From Lama guanicoe (Eukaryota), in assembly GCA_013239625.1 (NCBI GenBank), contig MU053881.1:14438373-14502372 (forward strand): a stretch of 64,000 bases of DNA. The letters are read 5' to 3'. Both the position numbers and the translations under genes were made by a program. The notes beneath the pieces are model-generated. The model saw nothing but the letters and a program-made list of their open reading frames with translations, did no database searches and was not told the origin of the DNA. Positions within the stretch are counted from its first letter, which is position 1. Every line of letters begins with the position of its first letter. Shown in pieces: positions 49,479 through 61,790 of the stretch.

Positions 49479-51333
49479 GCAGAACAAATCATTTTAACCT
49501 TTTGGGGCCTAAGTGTGTACAAAACAAATCCCATAGGCCCGGTATACCCACAGCCAAAATATGGCTCTAGAGCCCTGCTTCCCAGACCAGCCATGTCCCT
49601 GACATGCTCCACTATCAACTAGTCCTTCCTCCACTCCCCACATAAACTGCACAAAAAGGTACTGGAAAGACTTAGAACAGTGAGATGAAAGCGGCATCTG
49701 ATACCTCAGATGGACTTCAAGTATGCCTGTCTCACCCCAGCTCTTACCTCCCAAAGCACTCTGTCTCCCCAGGACATACCTGTTCCAGCCCCATCTCACA
49801 GCATGAACCAAGGGAGTCAAGAAATGCCTGTCAGATGAATGACAAAGATGACTAGCTCATCTTGGGCACAATCTTTTTCTGTAAGTGGAACCCAGAGATA
49901 TCACAGCACAACCCAAACCTACACCCTGGAGCAGCTGAGAGCTAGACTTAAGAAACCTTACACAGGCCTACCAGGAGTATAAGCCCTGAGTTCCAGACAG
50001 GTCAAACTCTAGACAAGAGAGACACAGACAACTAGTCCAAACAGTGCACCCACCAATCAACATCACTGAAGAGGAAAGCACTGCATCTCCCCCACCAAGG
50101 TGTGAGCACCAAGCCCACCTATGTTGTGAGGCAGAGCCAGGCCCAGGGGAGTCACCACACTGGCCAAATCAGTGGACGCTGTGTAGAAAACTAGTAACAC
50201 CAAGTGATCCCACATGAGGCACCCAACTCACACAGAGGGAGGGCATTTCATTGCCAATTATTTCAGATAGGAATACCCAGAGCACCCCAACTGCCACTTT
50301 GGTTAACTGCTCCAGAATAAGGAGAGGGGTGAAAATGATTTTCTGGGGTTCTCTACATAGTTTGGCTTGGGAAGCAGTCAGTCTCCTTTCCAAACAGACA
50401 GGTCCCTGTGTGACCTGTGACTGCAAAATATGCAGGGTCCTCCTGAGAGGATTAACAAGGGGGGAGGGAAGTTTGAGGGGGCAACTGAGTTTCCAGGACC
50501 AGTTAGAACAGAAAAACTTTAGAGTGAGGATCACAAAAAGCTCCAACTGCAGAAGACCTCCATTGTAGCAGGAGGCCTGAACAGGAGGTTTCCACAGCAG
50601 TGGGCCTCGTTTTCAACAAGGCACCATCCAAGGCAGCCTCCATGTCACACAGCATCTCAACCAGCTGTATTAGCTGTATTAGCTATATTCACATTTATTT
50701 TCACGTCAAGAAATAAAACCTCCAGCCATTCTATTCTGGCAAGTTTTGAGTTTCTTTTTTAAAAAGCAACACCTTATGTATCACAAAGGCAATCTCCTGG
50801 AAAGGCAAGAATCCTTTCCCCAATGGACAGGGTGTCCTCCGGCCCTGGCCACAGGTGCCACGTGCTGCCTCAACCCAAGTCCAGTGGCCATGGGCTCGTG
50901 TGTGCTGAGAAGGTGGAAGCGAAGCCCCGAGCTGAGCACCATCTCCATGCCATGAAGAGAGACCCCAACTCTCCATGATGGCACAGGCACCAACCCTGAT
51001 CTGCATATTCCTGGAAGGGCAAAGACCAGCAAATTATCCCAAGTCTCTCTGAGGAGCAACATGAAGGCCGTACTCGGAGCCCAGTTTACTTCTTCACCAG
51101 CCATCTTCAAACAGGTGGTCCTGGCAAACAAGAAGCTAAATCCAGTGCAATCTGGTAACCTAGGGCAGGTGCTCCCCACAAGTTTAAGAACCAGTATCTT
51201 ACTTTCCAGAACTGGAATAAAAAAGAGGAAACGTGCTATTGTTCAAGAGCACTGAGGGAGCAGCAGGAGCAGAGTTCGGTGCTGGCTCCACAGTATACAA
51301 ATGAAGACCTACCTGGGCTAAAGGAAAAACCTT

Positions 51334-51488
51334 GGGGAGGGGGGCGCAGGTATATACAGCTCAAGTGGTAGAGTGCATGCTTAGCATGTATAAGGCCGTA
51401 GGTTCAATTCTCAGTACCTCCTCCAAAAGTAAATCTAATTACCTTCCCCACCACAAAAATAAACAAACAAACAAATAAATAAATAATT
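51334..51488 (+). mobile_element. tRNA-Ala-derived SINE (camelid Vic-1-like)
   Basis: A box agctcaagtggtagag, gcttagcatg, B box ggttcaattc, A-rich tail. TSD TAAAGGAAAAACCTT (51319-51333) / TAAAGGAAAAAGCTT (51489-51503). Confidence 0.88.
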
Positions 51489-53096
51489 TAAAGGAAAAAG
51501 CTTTATGGTTCTGAAATTCAAACAAACTCTACCTATAGCAGTTCACATAGCTTATCCCTGTAAGGTCCAAGATAAGACATTTTGGTCCGGGAGCAGCAGG
51601 TAGGATGGGCAGAAATATCATCAAAGAAATGTACACTGGGCAGACCCACACAGCCAGGGGGGAGATCTCCAGTTTTCATCTTCAAACCCCACTCCTTACC
51701 CCTGCCCAGAAGAGTCCCTGTGGCACTTGGGTACTTCCTAGGAGGCAAGACTACTGCTTGCTCATTGCTGAGGAAAGCATCCACCAGCAGTCCCACTGCA
51801 GCTGGACAGACCTGGAGCCTCAGGTGGCCTCTGTCATCTTGATCCTCCAGGCTGGCAACAGGACACTGGGAAGGAGTGACCAAGGTCTACATAAGCTGGT
51901 AGTTTCCAGAACACCAAAGGGTCCGCCTAGATCCAAATCCAGGGGAGCTAGTAAGTATCCAGGCAAGCGGCAAGGTCAGTGTCATCCACCTACAAAACTT
52001 CCAGATGCCCCCAAGCTGAATTTTGGACAGCATGGAGGCCTTGGTAGAATTCTAGAAATCCAATCTAATGCTAGGTCTTCAAATACAAAACAACCTACAA
52101 TCATCTGAGCAACCAAGCTTCCTTAAGAGGCAGAATTCAGTTTCTTTGACTGTCTGTCAGAGGCCAGGTCAAACAGTCAAAATCAACTGGTAACTTCTGA
52201 GACGTGACTAGAGCAATGGTGCAGCACTGATGGCCAGACTGAGGCCACGTGTTCAGCCCAGGAGTCTGGAGGCCTCACAGCAATGTCCAGGCCAATAAGC
52301 CAGCTCCCAGCCCCAGAAGCTTCATCACTGCCACAAACTCTGATGATGTATCACAACCATCACAAACTGTGTGACTGACTAAAATGCTGCAAAAGTTCTA
52401 AGGAAGAAACCGCAACAATGGCCACATCTATCTTAAATCATGGCCTGCACTACACAAGCCAATTAAGAGCAAATTGAGAAAGGACATGAAAAGAGGCCAC
52501 ATCTTCTTGACAATGTGTCCAACAATAAAAGTATGATCAGAGGATGTCAGGAATAGAGTGGCTCCTCAGAGAGGGCTTCAGAGAACTGTCAAACTGTTCT
52601 CACTGCCCTCAGCCCTTATAGGGCAAATTGAGCCCAGGATGGAAGAAGCAGAGCCTCCCCAAAGTCTCAGCAGAGGCAGGGAAGAGGGGAGGGTAGGCTA
52701 ATACCCGGCTTCTCTAGGCCATCAGAGCTTCCCAGCAGCCTGCATGAACATTTCCCATCATTTATCCTCACACTGGGGAGAGGAAGTACTGGGCAGACAC
52801 AGAGCCTTGCTGGCTGGGAAGAGTTCTGCTCAACTGGGCCAAAGAGCCAGCATCTAGGGAGTAAGCAGGAAGGAAACTGTTCTAGGGGGTCAGACACCTG
52901 GAGAAGCCCGCTCCAAGAGGAGAGAAGCAGCAAAGGCCAAACTCCCAACCCCCACTGCAGCTTTAGAAAAGTGAAGGGCCTGCCTCCTGGGGTGCAATGG
53001 CGAAGAGACCAGAATTTCTAAATATGCTTGGCTGCTGCTGCCTTGAGTCGGAGTTTTCCTTGCTGATAAGAGAGTTCAGTACTAAAACTGATGTGC

Positions 53097-53412
53097 CTTG
53101 AGAAAATTCAGAGGGGCTTCAAGATGGCAGAATAGAAGTATGGGAGCTCACCCTCTCCCACAAATATATCAAAAATACATCTACAAGTAGACCAATTCTC
53201 AAAGAACACCTACTGAACTCTGGCAAAAGATCTTGTACAAGCGGAGCTATAAGAAAAATCTTCACCAAACCAGATAAGAAGAGAAAAAAGATAATATGGA
53301 AGGGACCTGCACCCATGGGAGGAAGTGGTGAAAGAGAAAAAGTGCCCTCACCCTGGGGAGCCCCCTCTCCAGTGGAGAGGTCAGCTGAGACACAAGAGGA
53401 AAAAAAAAAAAA
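53097..53412 (+). mobile_element. Isolated L1 5'-UTR segment with poly(A) tail and TSD
   Basis: ggggcttcaagatggc (YY1-type L1 start)...gagctcaccctctcccacaaatatatcaaaaatacatctac... then A13. TSD AAAACTGATGTGC (53084-53096) / AAGACTGATGTGC (53411-53423). Confidence 0.8.
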
Positions 53413-54358
53413 GACTGATGTGCTGTGAGGTGCAATGAAAATGTCACATGAATCTCTGCCTTAAAATAAGGTCTGAAGAAATCTGCAAGGACTACACAGG
53501 CTTGTGCTGTGCCCTCAGCGGGACTTTGCCTGTACCTGAGCATCAAGCCCAGAGCAAGCCAGGGGCCCCACAAAAGGAAAGACTCTGCCACACAAAGCCC
53601 ATGTTCATCACGGACTGAAATGTCTTTCCTTCATTTGCACACACCAGAGTGGTTGCGTCAGGCTCAACTCCAGCCACTGGGTCCCGCACACACACGCAAG
53701 CACATACAGAACCATCACACACGTGCACATGCACAAGCCCACGTGCACACACCAGGCTAGCATGCACTTTGTCCTCAAGGTAAATGTGCACTCCCACTGT
53801 CAGTTGTTGAGAAAGCAGACCACACATCCCAGAGAAATATTGTCTTAAGTGGGGTCAGATTCTCAAGCACCCCACAAAGTCCACCTCACCCCAATATCCT
53901 CAAAGCACAGTCCTGCCAGTACAAGCCAAAGCAAGCAGGACACCTCCTGGGAAGTCACCTCATATCCCAGGTTACCAGCCCTCTCTGCAGGGAAGCTGCA
54001 AGGCCAGCACAGGCCAAAAGGGGCAAGGAGGGAGAAAGAGGGGCAATGCCACAGGGGCAAGGGGGGCACTCACTCACGCGGCCTTTACTGGGCCAGCCTT
54101 GCAGGGGACCCTCTGGCCTTCTCTAAGGCCCACCCTCCTGCCATGTTCTATCTCCAGCTGCCTCATACAGACCCAGGTCCTACCCAACCACCCAGCACCA
54201 AGATCCAGCCTGAGACCCAGGCCCCATAGGTCTGTCCCCAAGACCCCAGTGACACTACTGCTAGGGTGAGGGTTCAGGTTCAGGACTCCTTGTCAGTGTT
54301 TATCAGGCTTTGGTGGAGCAGGGAGGGGAGGGCCTTACTCTTGAGAAAGCTCGTCAGA

Positions 54359-54490
54359 AGGGTGGTTGCAGCTCAGTAAGTAGAGAGTCTGCTTGGCATG
54401 CAGGCCTGGGTTCAAACCCCAGTACCTCCATTAAAAAAACAAAGTGAAATAAATAAATAGATGAACATAATCTCATCTCCACAAAAAAAG
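54359..54490 (+). mobile_element. tRNA-Ala-derived SINE (Vic-1-like), more diverged copy
   Basis: gcagctcagtaagtagagagtctgcttggcatgcaggcctgggttcaaaccccagtacctcca plus A-rich tail. Confidence 0.8.
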
Positions 54491-54619
54491 CTACTGCTAG
54501 GCACACAGATTCAAACCACCACAGAAAAGACTACTGACAATATCAGGAACATCCAGAGAATCATCTTTAACACACTGACAAGAGATTTTGTTACTAAAGG
54601 AGGGAAAGAAAAGTGCAAC

Positions 54620-54920
54620 AGTGGCTAACAATTACTGAGTTCTTCATTTGGTGCCAAGCATAGTGCCAGTACTTTACATGCTTGGTTTCATTTAATCCTC
54701 ATGACCACAGAATGAGGTGCTACCAATGCTACCCACATTTCACACGGGGTACTACTATTCCCACTCACACTTCACACAGAGACTGCCACTGATGCCCACA
54801 CTTGACAGATGAGAAAACTGAGGCTGAGAGAAGTCAAGGTGATTGGTCAGGGTCACAGGGTTAAGAAGTTAAATGGGGATCCAGACCCAGATAAGCCATC
54901 TCCCAGGCCCAGGCTCAAAT
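54620..54920 (-). mobile_element. MIR with internal ~32-bp triplication
   Basis: tcatttaatcctcatgacc...acagatgagaaaactgaggctgagagaagtcaagg...ggtcacag. Confidence 0.8.
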
Positions 54921-55277
54921 CTGAACTAACACACCTTCCAGGACAGTTTGACTCTGAAACCATCCTAAGGCTGGATCTTTCCAAAGACTCTGGAAAAACT
55001 TCCTAAAGCAAAGATCAGCACACCCTCGATTCCTCTTCTAAGAGTACACTAAAACTTAGGCCTTTACTGAATTGCTGGAAACTTCCTGGAGGAGTGACCC
55101 TTGTTGTGCAAACCCTTTTTCCACGGACCAAACAGCGAATTCAATGACTCGTGTGCATCTTAACATTCTGTAAAAGACGCTAAAACCCTCAGAGGTTGAC
55201 AAAGCACGTATCTCTGAGCCCCTAAGTTGGAAGGGTACAAGCCAAGAGAAGGGGCTTAAAGGACCTGATCAACACAG

Positions 55278-55524
55278 CCAGCAGGGGGAAGTAGGGTGGG
55301 TAGATAAATTGGGAGTCTGGGATTAGCAGATACAAACTACTATATATAAAATAGATAAACAACAAGGTCCTAATGTATAACACAGGGAACTACACTTAAT
55401 ACCTTGTAATAACCTATAATGAAAAAGAATATATATGTATAACTGAATCACTATGTTGTACACCAGAAACACAACACTGTAAATCAACAAAGCTTCAATT
55501 AAACAAACAAACAAATAAACAAAA
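55278..55524 (+). mobile_element. Cetartiodactyl-type L1 3' end, 5'-truncated
   Basis: gggattagcagatacaaactactatatataaaatagataaacaacaaggtcct...gtataactgaatcact...tgtaaatcaac plus (AAAC)n tail. Confidence 0.9.
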
Positions 55525-57867
55525 CTGCCCCCAGGGCCAGGAAACAGGATCTTTTCATCTTCATTTCCAATGAGATGTACACACAAGCCAACCACACTCT
55601 TAGCACGCCACACAGCAAACTAGGGGTCCTTGGCAAGGAGCACATGCACAGACTTACTCTTTCCTTCCATTAGAACAGCGGAGCACTCACACATGGCGGG
55701 GAACAGAGCAGACATAGACCAGCGGGAAGAAGACAGATCCCCTGGCCACTGACACAGCCAAGAAGAGTGTAAGGACAGCGGAAGACACAAGGCCCAGGGG
55801 ACGTGGAGCTTGGGGGACAGCCCAGGCCCTATAGGGATGGCTTCCTAAGGTGGGTAGTGGGCAGAGCATGTGCTGGCCCTCCCAGCTCTACATATGAGGC
55901 ACCAGGCTGCTGCCATCACCTAACTCACCTGATTCCTCCCTCCCACCCCTGGCTTCAAAATCAGGACCCTGATGATGTCTTGGTCATCACCAGGCAGATG
56001 TTACTCTCAGACCCAAGTCATTTTTTTCCCAAGTACCAAATCCCCAAGGCCCCTTTCCTTCCTGTGACAACCCCTCCCTACTCTCAACACCAGTACTATC
56101 ACTCAGCAGGACACCCACTTGTCTTCTCCCTGAATTCTGCCAGAAGAGCCAGGATCTGAAAACATTTGAGCAACGCATGAAGTAGGGAAACTTTCTCAAA
56201 CTAGGAAGCAGCAGCTGTTCGAATAATTCATGTGGATGTTTCAGAGAGGCATCGTAATCACTCTAGGTCTGTCTGAAAAAGTGTCCAAAACCTCAAGCTG
56301 GAAAATCCTCAGAATCTAGAAAATGTTGGTTACCAACCAGCTCCCAGGATACAGAAATTACATCGAGCCTCTTCCTGGTCCCTCTAATTGCCACAAAGCT
56401 CCTTCTCAGGCTAAGTTAAGGGCTGTGTCTCTCTAATTTCCATCCATTTGTTACTACTTCATTCTTGTTCCAGAGCAGACCAAATTCATATATGAGATAG
56501 TCCCTCAGATATTTATTCTTTTGCCTGTTATTCCATCTAACACAAAGCACTATTAGTTTGGGGAAGAGGAAACACAAGGACAAATCAAGTTCTGCACCCA
56601 GCCCCCAGAGCCAGCTGAGATGTGCCAGGGTCAAAGACATACCCCTCCAGTTCATGAGGGTCCTAGGTCCTGATGGTCACATAGGACCTCCACACCTCAA
56701 CCCACTGTGTTCTCCCAGCCCAGGGAAACAGGGAGTAGCCATCAAGGGCCACAGGTTAGGCTATCTGACCAATACTCCCATTCTCCCAGGCAGCAGACAC
56801 ATCTCAGACCACCCTCTCCACGACTCAGCTCATCGTCACCTTTGCTCAAACTCAGCATCCCTAAAACCAAAGACCCACTATCTCAGGACCTGTGTCACCT
56901 TCCAGTCCTCACTCAGCTGCCACCTCTCAGACATATTCCTGCCCACCCGTCCTCTTTCCCAGGGCATCTTGCCCTGTCTCGTGGTAAGACCCCCAAGGAT
57001 AGGAATAGGCCATCTCACCCATCACCAGAACCCTGGGGCACAGCACAGGCCCAGCAGGGAAAGGACCCCAGTTGTTGGATAGACAGATGTCTTGTACTCA
57101 GCCCTTGGTATCCAGTTAATCACCACCCAGTCTCCACACACAGTGTCTCTGGCACCTGTCCCTGCCTTTTATTCCCTATCAGGCTAATTCAAGGCCATAT
57201 TAGTTCATGCCTGCCTCTTATCAATGACCCTTTTACCTCACTGGCTTCCCTGACCAATTCAAACAGACATTCTCCTCACTAATGTTGAGGGCTCTCCATG
57301 CTTTTAGGATGAGGTGTAAAGAGTCTTCCATTTAAGGTCATCAACAATAATCATTTTTCAACCTTATTTTCCACTAAGACTTTCCATAAACCCTGAGGTC
57401 CAGGAAGTTGATCGGCCAACTCCATCCCTTCCTGACACTCCGGTGCAGGGAACTCCTTGTGAACAGTTTAGTCCAGCATGACAAACCTTCTTCACAGAAT
57501 CTATGAACCCAACACCAAGAAAAATCATCTCTTCTCAGAATAGTGTGCATGGAGGGCACAAATCAGATGCCCCATCTTTCTCATGTCATGGCATGTAACA
57601 AAAATTATATTTGTACAATGCACTTCAGTTAAAATGAGGGCTACTCAAAGCCTGAGGAGCTGGCCTGGAGCTGGGACCACCTGGTCACAAGGACTTCTCT
57701 ACATCCCTGCCACTCATCTCAGCCAGCTGGCTAAGAAGCTCTGCTTAGAGAATCACACAGCCAGCGTCTCCTACTCTGGTCATTCCATTGTATGGTAATG
57801 AGAAGCCTGTGCTGCATTTCACTCCATGTGGCATCTGTTGAGTAGTTTCTGCTCTTAAACATCAATG

Positions 57868-58045
57868 AGAGATAAACAACAAGTTCATATTGTACAGCAC
57901 AAGGACCTATATTCAATATCTTACAGTAACTTATGGTGAAAAAGAATATGAAAACAAATGTATGTTCACGTATGACTGAAACGTTATGCTGCACACCAGA
58001 AATTGACACAACATTGTAAACTGCCTATACTTCAATAAAAATATT
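57868..58045 (+). mobile_element. Lineage-specific L1 3' end, 5'-truncated
   Basis: gataaacaacaagttcatattgtacagcacaagg...caccagaaattgacacaacattgtaaactg..tatacttcaataaaaa. Confidence 0.88.
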
Positions 58046-58978
58046 TTTTTAAAAAGTACACGCTCAGAAGATTTTTTTTTTAATGTCAATGGGTTAACTT
58101 TTTAAAATAGCTTTAAAAAAAAAAGCCAACACTGGTTCAGTAGATTCAAAAGACTGGTTAAACTGATCAAAGTGACCCTAATTTTTCTAAGCAAGTCAAG
58201 TATCCTTCTCCCTTCTGCTATAAACCAAGGCAACAAAGTACACATGCTCCCACCATCTTAAACTTCACTTAAAGGCCAATGCATGTCTCTTATCTGCTCA
58301 CCCAAAGCTGAGCACCTTCCCCAGGTGGTGACCTGTCCACTTTTGCTGCCATTTGTGGCAAGGTCACCTGATCTTACCTACAGAAAGCAAGAGGAACCTC
58401 TCCATCCTCCCTGAGAGGTGAGTGGGTGCCTAATGGCACCAGCAGGAGGAAAGGCCTACCGGCCAATTCTGAGCCAAGATCTCAACTCACCAATGGGCCT
58501 CCTAGAACCCCTTCTCCACTCCCAACCCCCAATACTGTCTCTTCCAAAAACATGTTCAATTCCTCTAACCAGTTCTCTTGTGATATGGTTTAAGGACCAC
58601 TTCAGCAAGCAGAACATACTCCCCTACATATAAAGAATATGTGAAAAATAACCTCCTTCAAAGCTTTTTAGCAGCTAGGTTATGCTGTTCTAGACTCACC
58701 CTTATCTGAGTGTTAAGGCCCTTCACTCTTGCCCTTCACTCTTGCACAGCTGACTATCAGAACCTGATACAGGATCTGACGTCTAGCCCATTCCACCTTA
58801 TTTAATTTATATGGGTTGCTTTTTTGAATCCTGAAATGATCACCCAAAATGGTTCCCCTGAAGTTCAATAATAAGTGCCATTACTTTTTTTAATAGATGA
58901 GGAAAAGCAATTTAATGCTCTCAAAATTGAAAGCCATCACCAACTCCATTTCAGAACAGGAATTGAGTTTTGGGGGTC

Positions 58979-59003
58979 TTTTTGTTTGTTTGTTTGTTTG
59001 TTT
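58979..59003 (+). repeat. (TTTG)n microsatellite
   Basis: tttgtttgtttgtttgtttgttt. Confidence 0.85.
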
Positions 59004-60130
59004 AAGGCAGCCCTGAGATTCCAGAACCAGCCCTGAGTGAAGAATTCTTCACTGTGCCCTGACCCATCTTCACATTAGAAACACAACAATGACCTCAAAA
59101 GGCAAGGCCCTGAGGAAGGAAACCTGCCAATGGACTATATAAATAAAGAGAAGAACCTAAAAACAAAAAATACTAAACTAACCAAGCCATGAAGAAATAA
59201 GAATGACAGAGATCAGACCACTCCAGGAGGGAACAGAGATCTATGTTCTCCTCCTCTGCAGGTCAACCCACAGCAGGCCACTCCTCCTCTCAGGCCTTAA
59301 GTTTCCAGTTCGAAACGTCAAGATGCCCCGCTTATCTTGAAGTCTGTATGCTGCACACTGGTTTCAACAAAACAGCACACAGAAGCAAGCTAGCCAGCTC
59401 CAGGTGAATGTTAAACTTATCTGCTGCCCAAGGACCAAAAATGGTTACATTTCTAATGCTCTGCCTGACAAATATAAATTGACAGTAAAGCTGCAATTAC
59501 ATTTCAATCTGGACTCAGTCCGTTAACATCCTCGACCAAGAAAATTTCAAAAGCAGACCAAGCAGTACTTACTACTGAGTACCTAAGGGTACTCTTGTGT
59601 CCTCCTCAGACTTCAGCATCAGGAAATGTCACTTGTAAGGTTGAAAGAGACAATAAAAACTCAACAATAAAAACTTAAAAAGTTTGGAGAGGGGAAGCAA
59701 AAGACAGATGACCCACATACAAAACTGCTGAGGTCAGCTAATTAAATAAAAGTGTTAAGAAAAACACTAATCAAACCCTCAAAATATCCCAGGGTTCCAG
59801 TGGATATAAGAGAATCCCAGGGAGGAATGTGACTCTAGAATCCTCTGAAAGAACCGCCTGCCATTGAAGGGGGTGGGAATTAACCCTTTACATGCACAAG
59901 AATAGGAGATGAGAGAACAGAAAATGAAGCTCATGTGTTCGGTCAATAATATGCAAGTCTGAGAACATTATAGGTCTGGAGTGACAGAACCAATTCAATC
60001 AATGCCTTCAAACGAAGAATTCAGTTTGCCTGTTCCTACTTTCCCCAAACCATTCGGCAACTGGGAAAAATGTGTTTCCTCTGAGGATGAATGAAGGTTG
60101 TAGCAGCAAAGTCTTAAGAACAGGCTGGCA

Positions 60131-60273
60131 GGGGGAGGGTATAGCTCAGTGGTAGAGCACATGCTTAGCATGCACCAGATCCTGGATTCAATCCCCAGTA
60201 TCTCCGTTAAAAAAATAAATGAATGAATGAATGGATAAACCTATATACCTCCCCCTCCAAACAAAACAAACAA
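60131..60273 (+). mobile_element. tRNA-Ala-derived SINE (camelid Vic-1-like)
   Basis: gggggagggtatagctcagtggtagagcacatgcttagcatgcac...ggattcaatccccagt. TSD AAGAACAGGCTGGCA (60116-60130) / AAGAACTGGCTGGCA (60274-60288). Confidence 0.9.
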
Positions 60274-61589
60274 AAGAACTGGCTGGCAGATTGAACCTGC
60301 CCAAAATACACAAGAAAACTTAAAAATTTATTGCCACTGCTACAAAATTCCACCATACGGAAACTAAAGTGAAGATATTGGCCTGAAACCTACTCACCTC
60401 CAAGATTATGGTGAGCAGCTGCCTCTAAGGTAAGAATGTGTTGTCAAATTTAACAGCCACTGACTCAAAGGCTAACAGCACTGAACAACTGGGATTGAAG
60501 GAAATGTTACATTGGGATTATATGCAGATTTAAACCACAGGGTTTTTTCACTTTCTTTCTGGGATAACCTGACTGACCTTTTAAGGTCGAGATTTCCTTA
60601 CAATGAGTCCTGAAGACCTCTAAATTGTTAGGCTGAGGTGGGATTTTATGATAAAGAAAATCTAGTTCCTCCATCTGAGTGATTCATTGTGTGTGACAAC
60701 TGAGATGTAACACCCCAGGGGGATCATCATGTAGTTGTCTACTAGGGGGAGAAGGATTTTGTCTCAGAGGTGAATGGAGGAGCAAGGGCTAGGGTACCCC
60801 TGACTACTTTCAAATATTTCCCACTTGTCCTCACGGCCAACCCATGAAGTTAAAAATACAATCCCCATCTATGGATGGGAAAGCTGAAGCCAGGTGGCCA
60901 GGCAACCCACCCAAAGCTGAAGAGCAGTAAGCTGTAGTCAATGACAAAGCCAGACCTGTCAAATTTTCAAACTGGCTAGAGAACTGTAAGTGCAAGTGTG
61001 GAAAAAGGACAAGATTCGGGCCCAGAACTTCCCATTTGTCACTGCAAGCACCATCAAGCAATACACTTCCCATCCCTGGCCAGAGTCTACTCAAGGATAA
61101 AACCAGAGGTACAGGGGACCCTCTTGGTTCTCAAAGGCAGGACCCCATAAGAGAGCTGCCTGGCAAACATATTCCCATCTTACAGATGGAGGGGCTCTCC
61201 CTGAAAGTCAGAATGTGGGGCTCAGCAAGCCCCAGGTCAGGAAAAGGGGCTGTGGCTCCTTTGCCCTGGTGAGGCATCACCAACCCAGCCATTCTGTATC
61301 TCTAGGGAGGTGCTAAGGCTGGTGGCAAAAACATTCATAGTCAGACATCAGAAAGGCTAGGGCCCAATCCCAGCTGTAGAAAAATCAGCAAAGTGATCCT
61401 GGCAAGTATTACCCTCTGTAAGGACTTCATCTTCCATCTGAAATGTAGGGAAAGACTGTGGCTCCAAGGGACACAGAGCAGACAGTGATAGTTTCTCCCA
61501 CAGAGATGCTCCACATAAGAGAAGCAGAGCAGTCATTCATGCTTTGGGGCTCTGCCTCCTCTATTCTAGTCACGATGCTACACTCACTG

Positions 61590-61790
61590 AACTCCAGTTT
61601 ACTGAGCAGGTACACACACTAGGTGCTGTGCTATGTCACTTGCATTTATTATCTCACTCCCAACTCTGTCATTCAATGTAGACATTACTATTCCCTTTTT
61701 AGAAATGGGAAACAGAGGGCAAGGTTCACTAAGGTCAAGTCATAAGCAAGTGACCAGGTGGAGCTCACTCACACCCAACCTAAGGCAAAG
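61590..61790 (-). mobile_element. MIR remnant
   Basis: tttactgagc...ctaggtgctgtgct...attatctca...ttcccttttagaaatgggaaacagagg. Confidence 0.65.

Noticed and set aside
56558..57282. Overlapping 174-aa and 191-aa ORFs
   Set aside because: Low-complexity Pro/Ser/His translations of C-rich intronic DNA, with non-ATG starts and no homology recognised.
60131..60206. tRNA-Ala gene (also at 51334 and 54359)
   Set aside because: The acceptor and T stems are degenerate, and each copy has an A-rich tail, two with TSDs. These are SINEs, not tRNAs.
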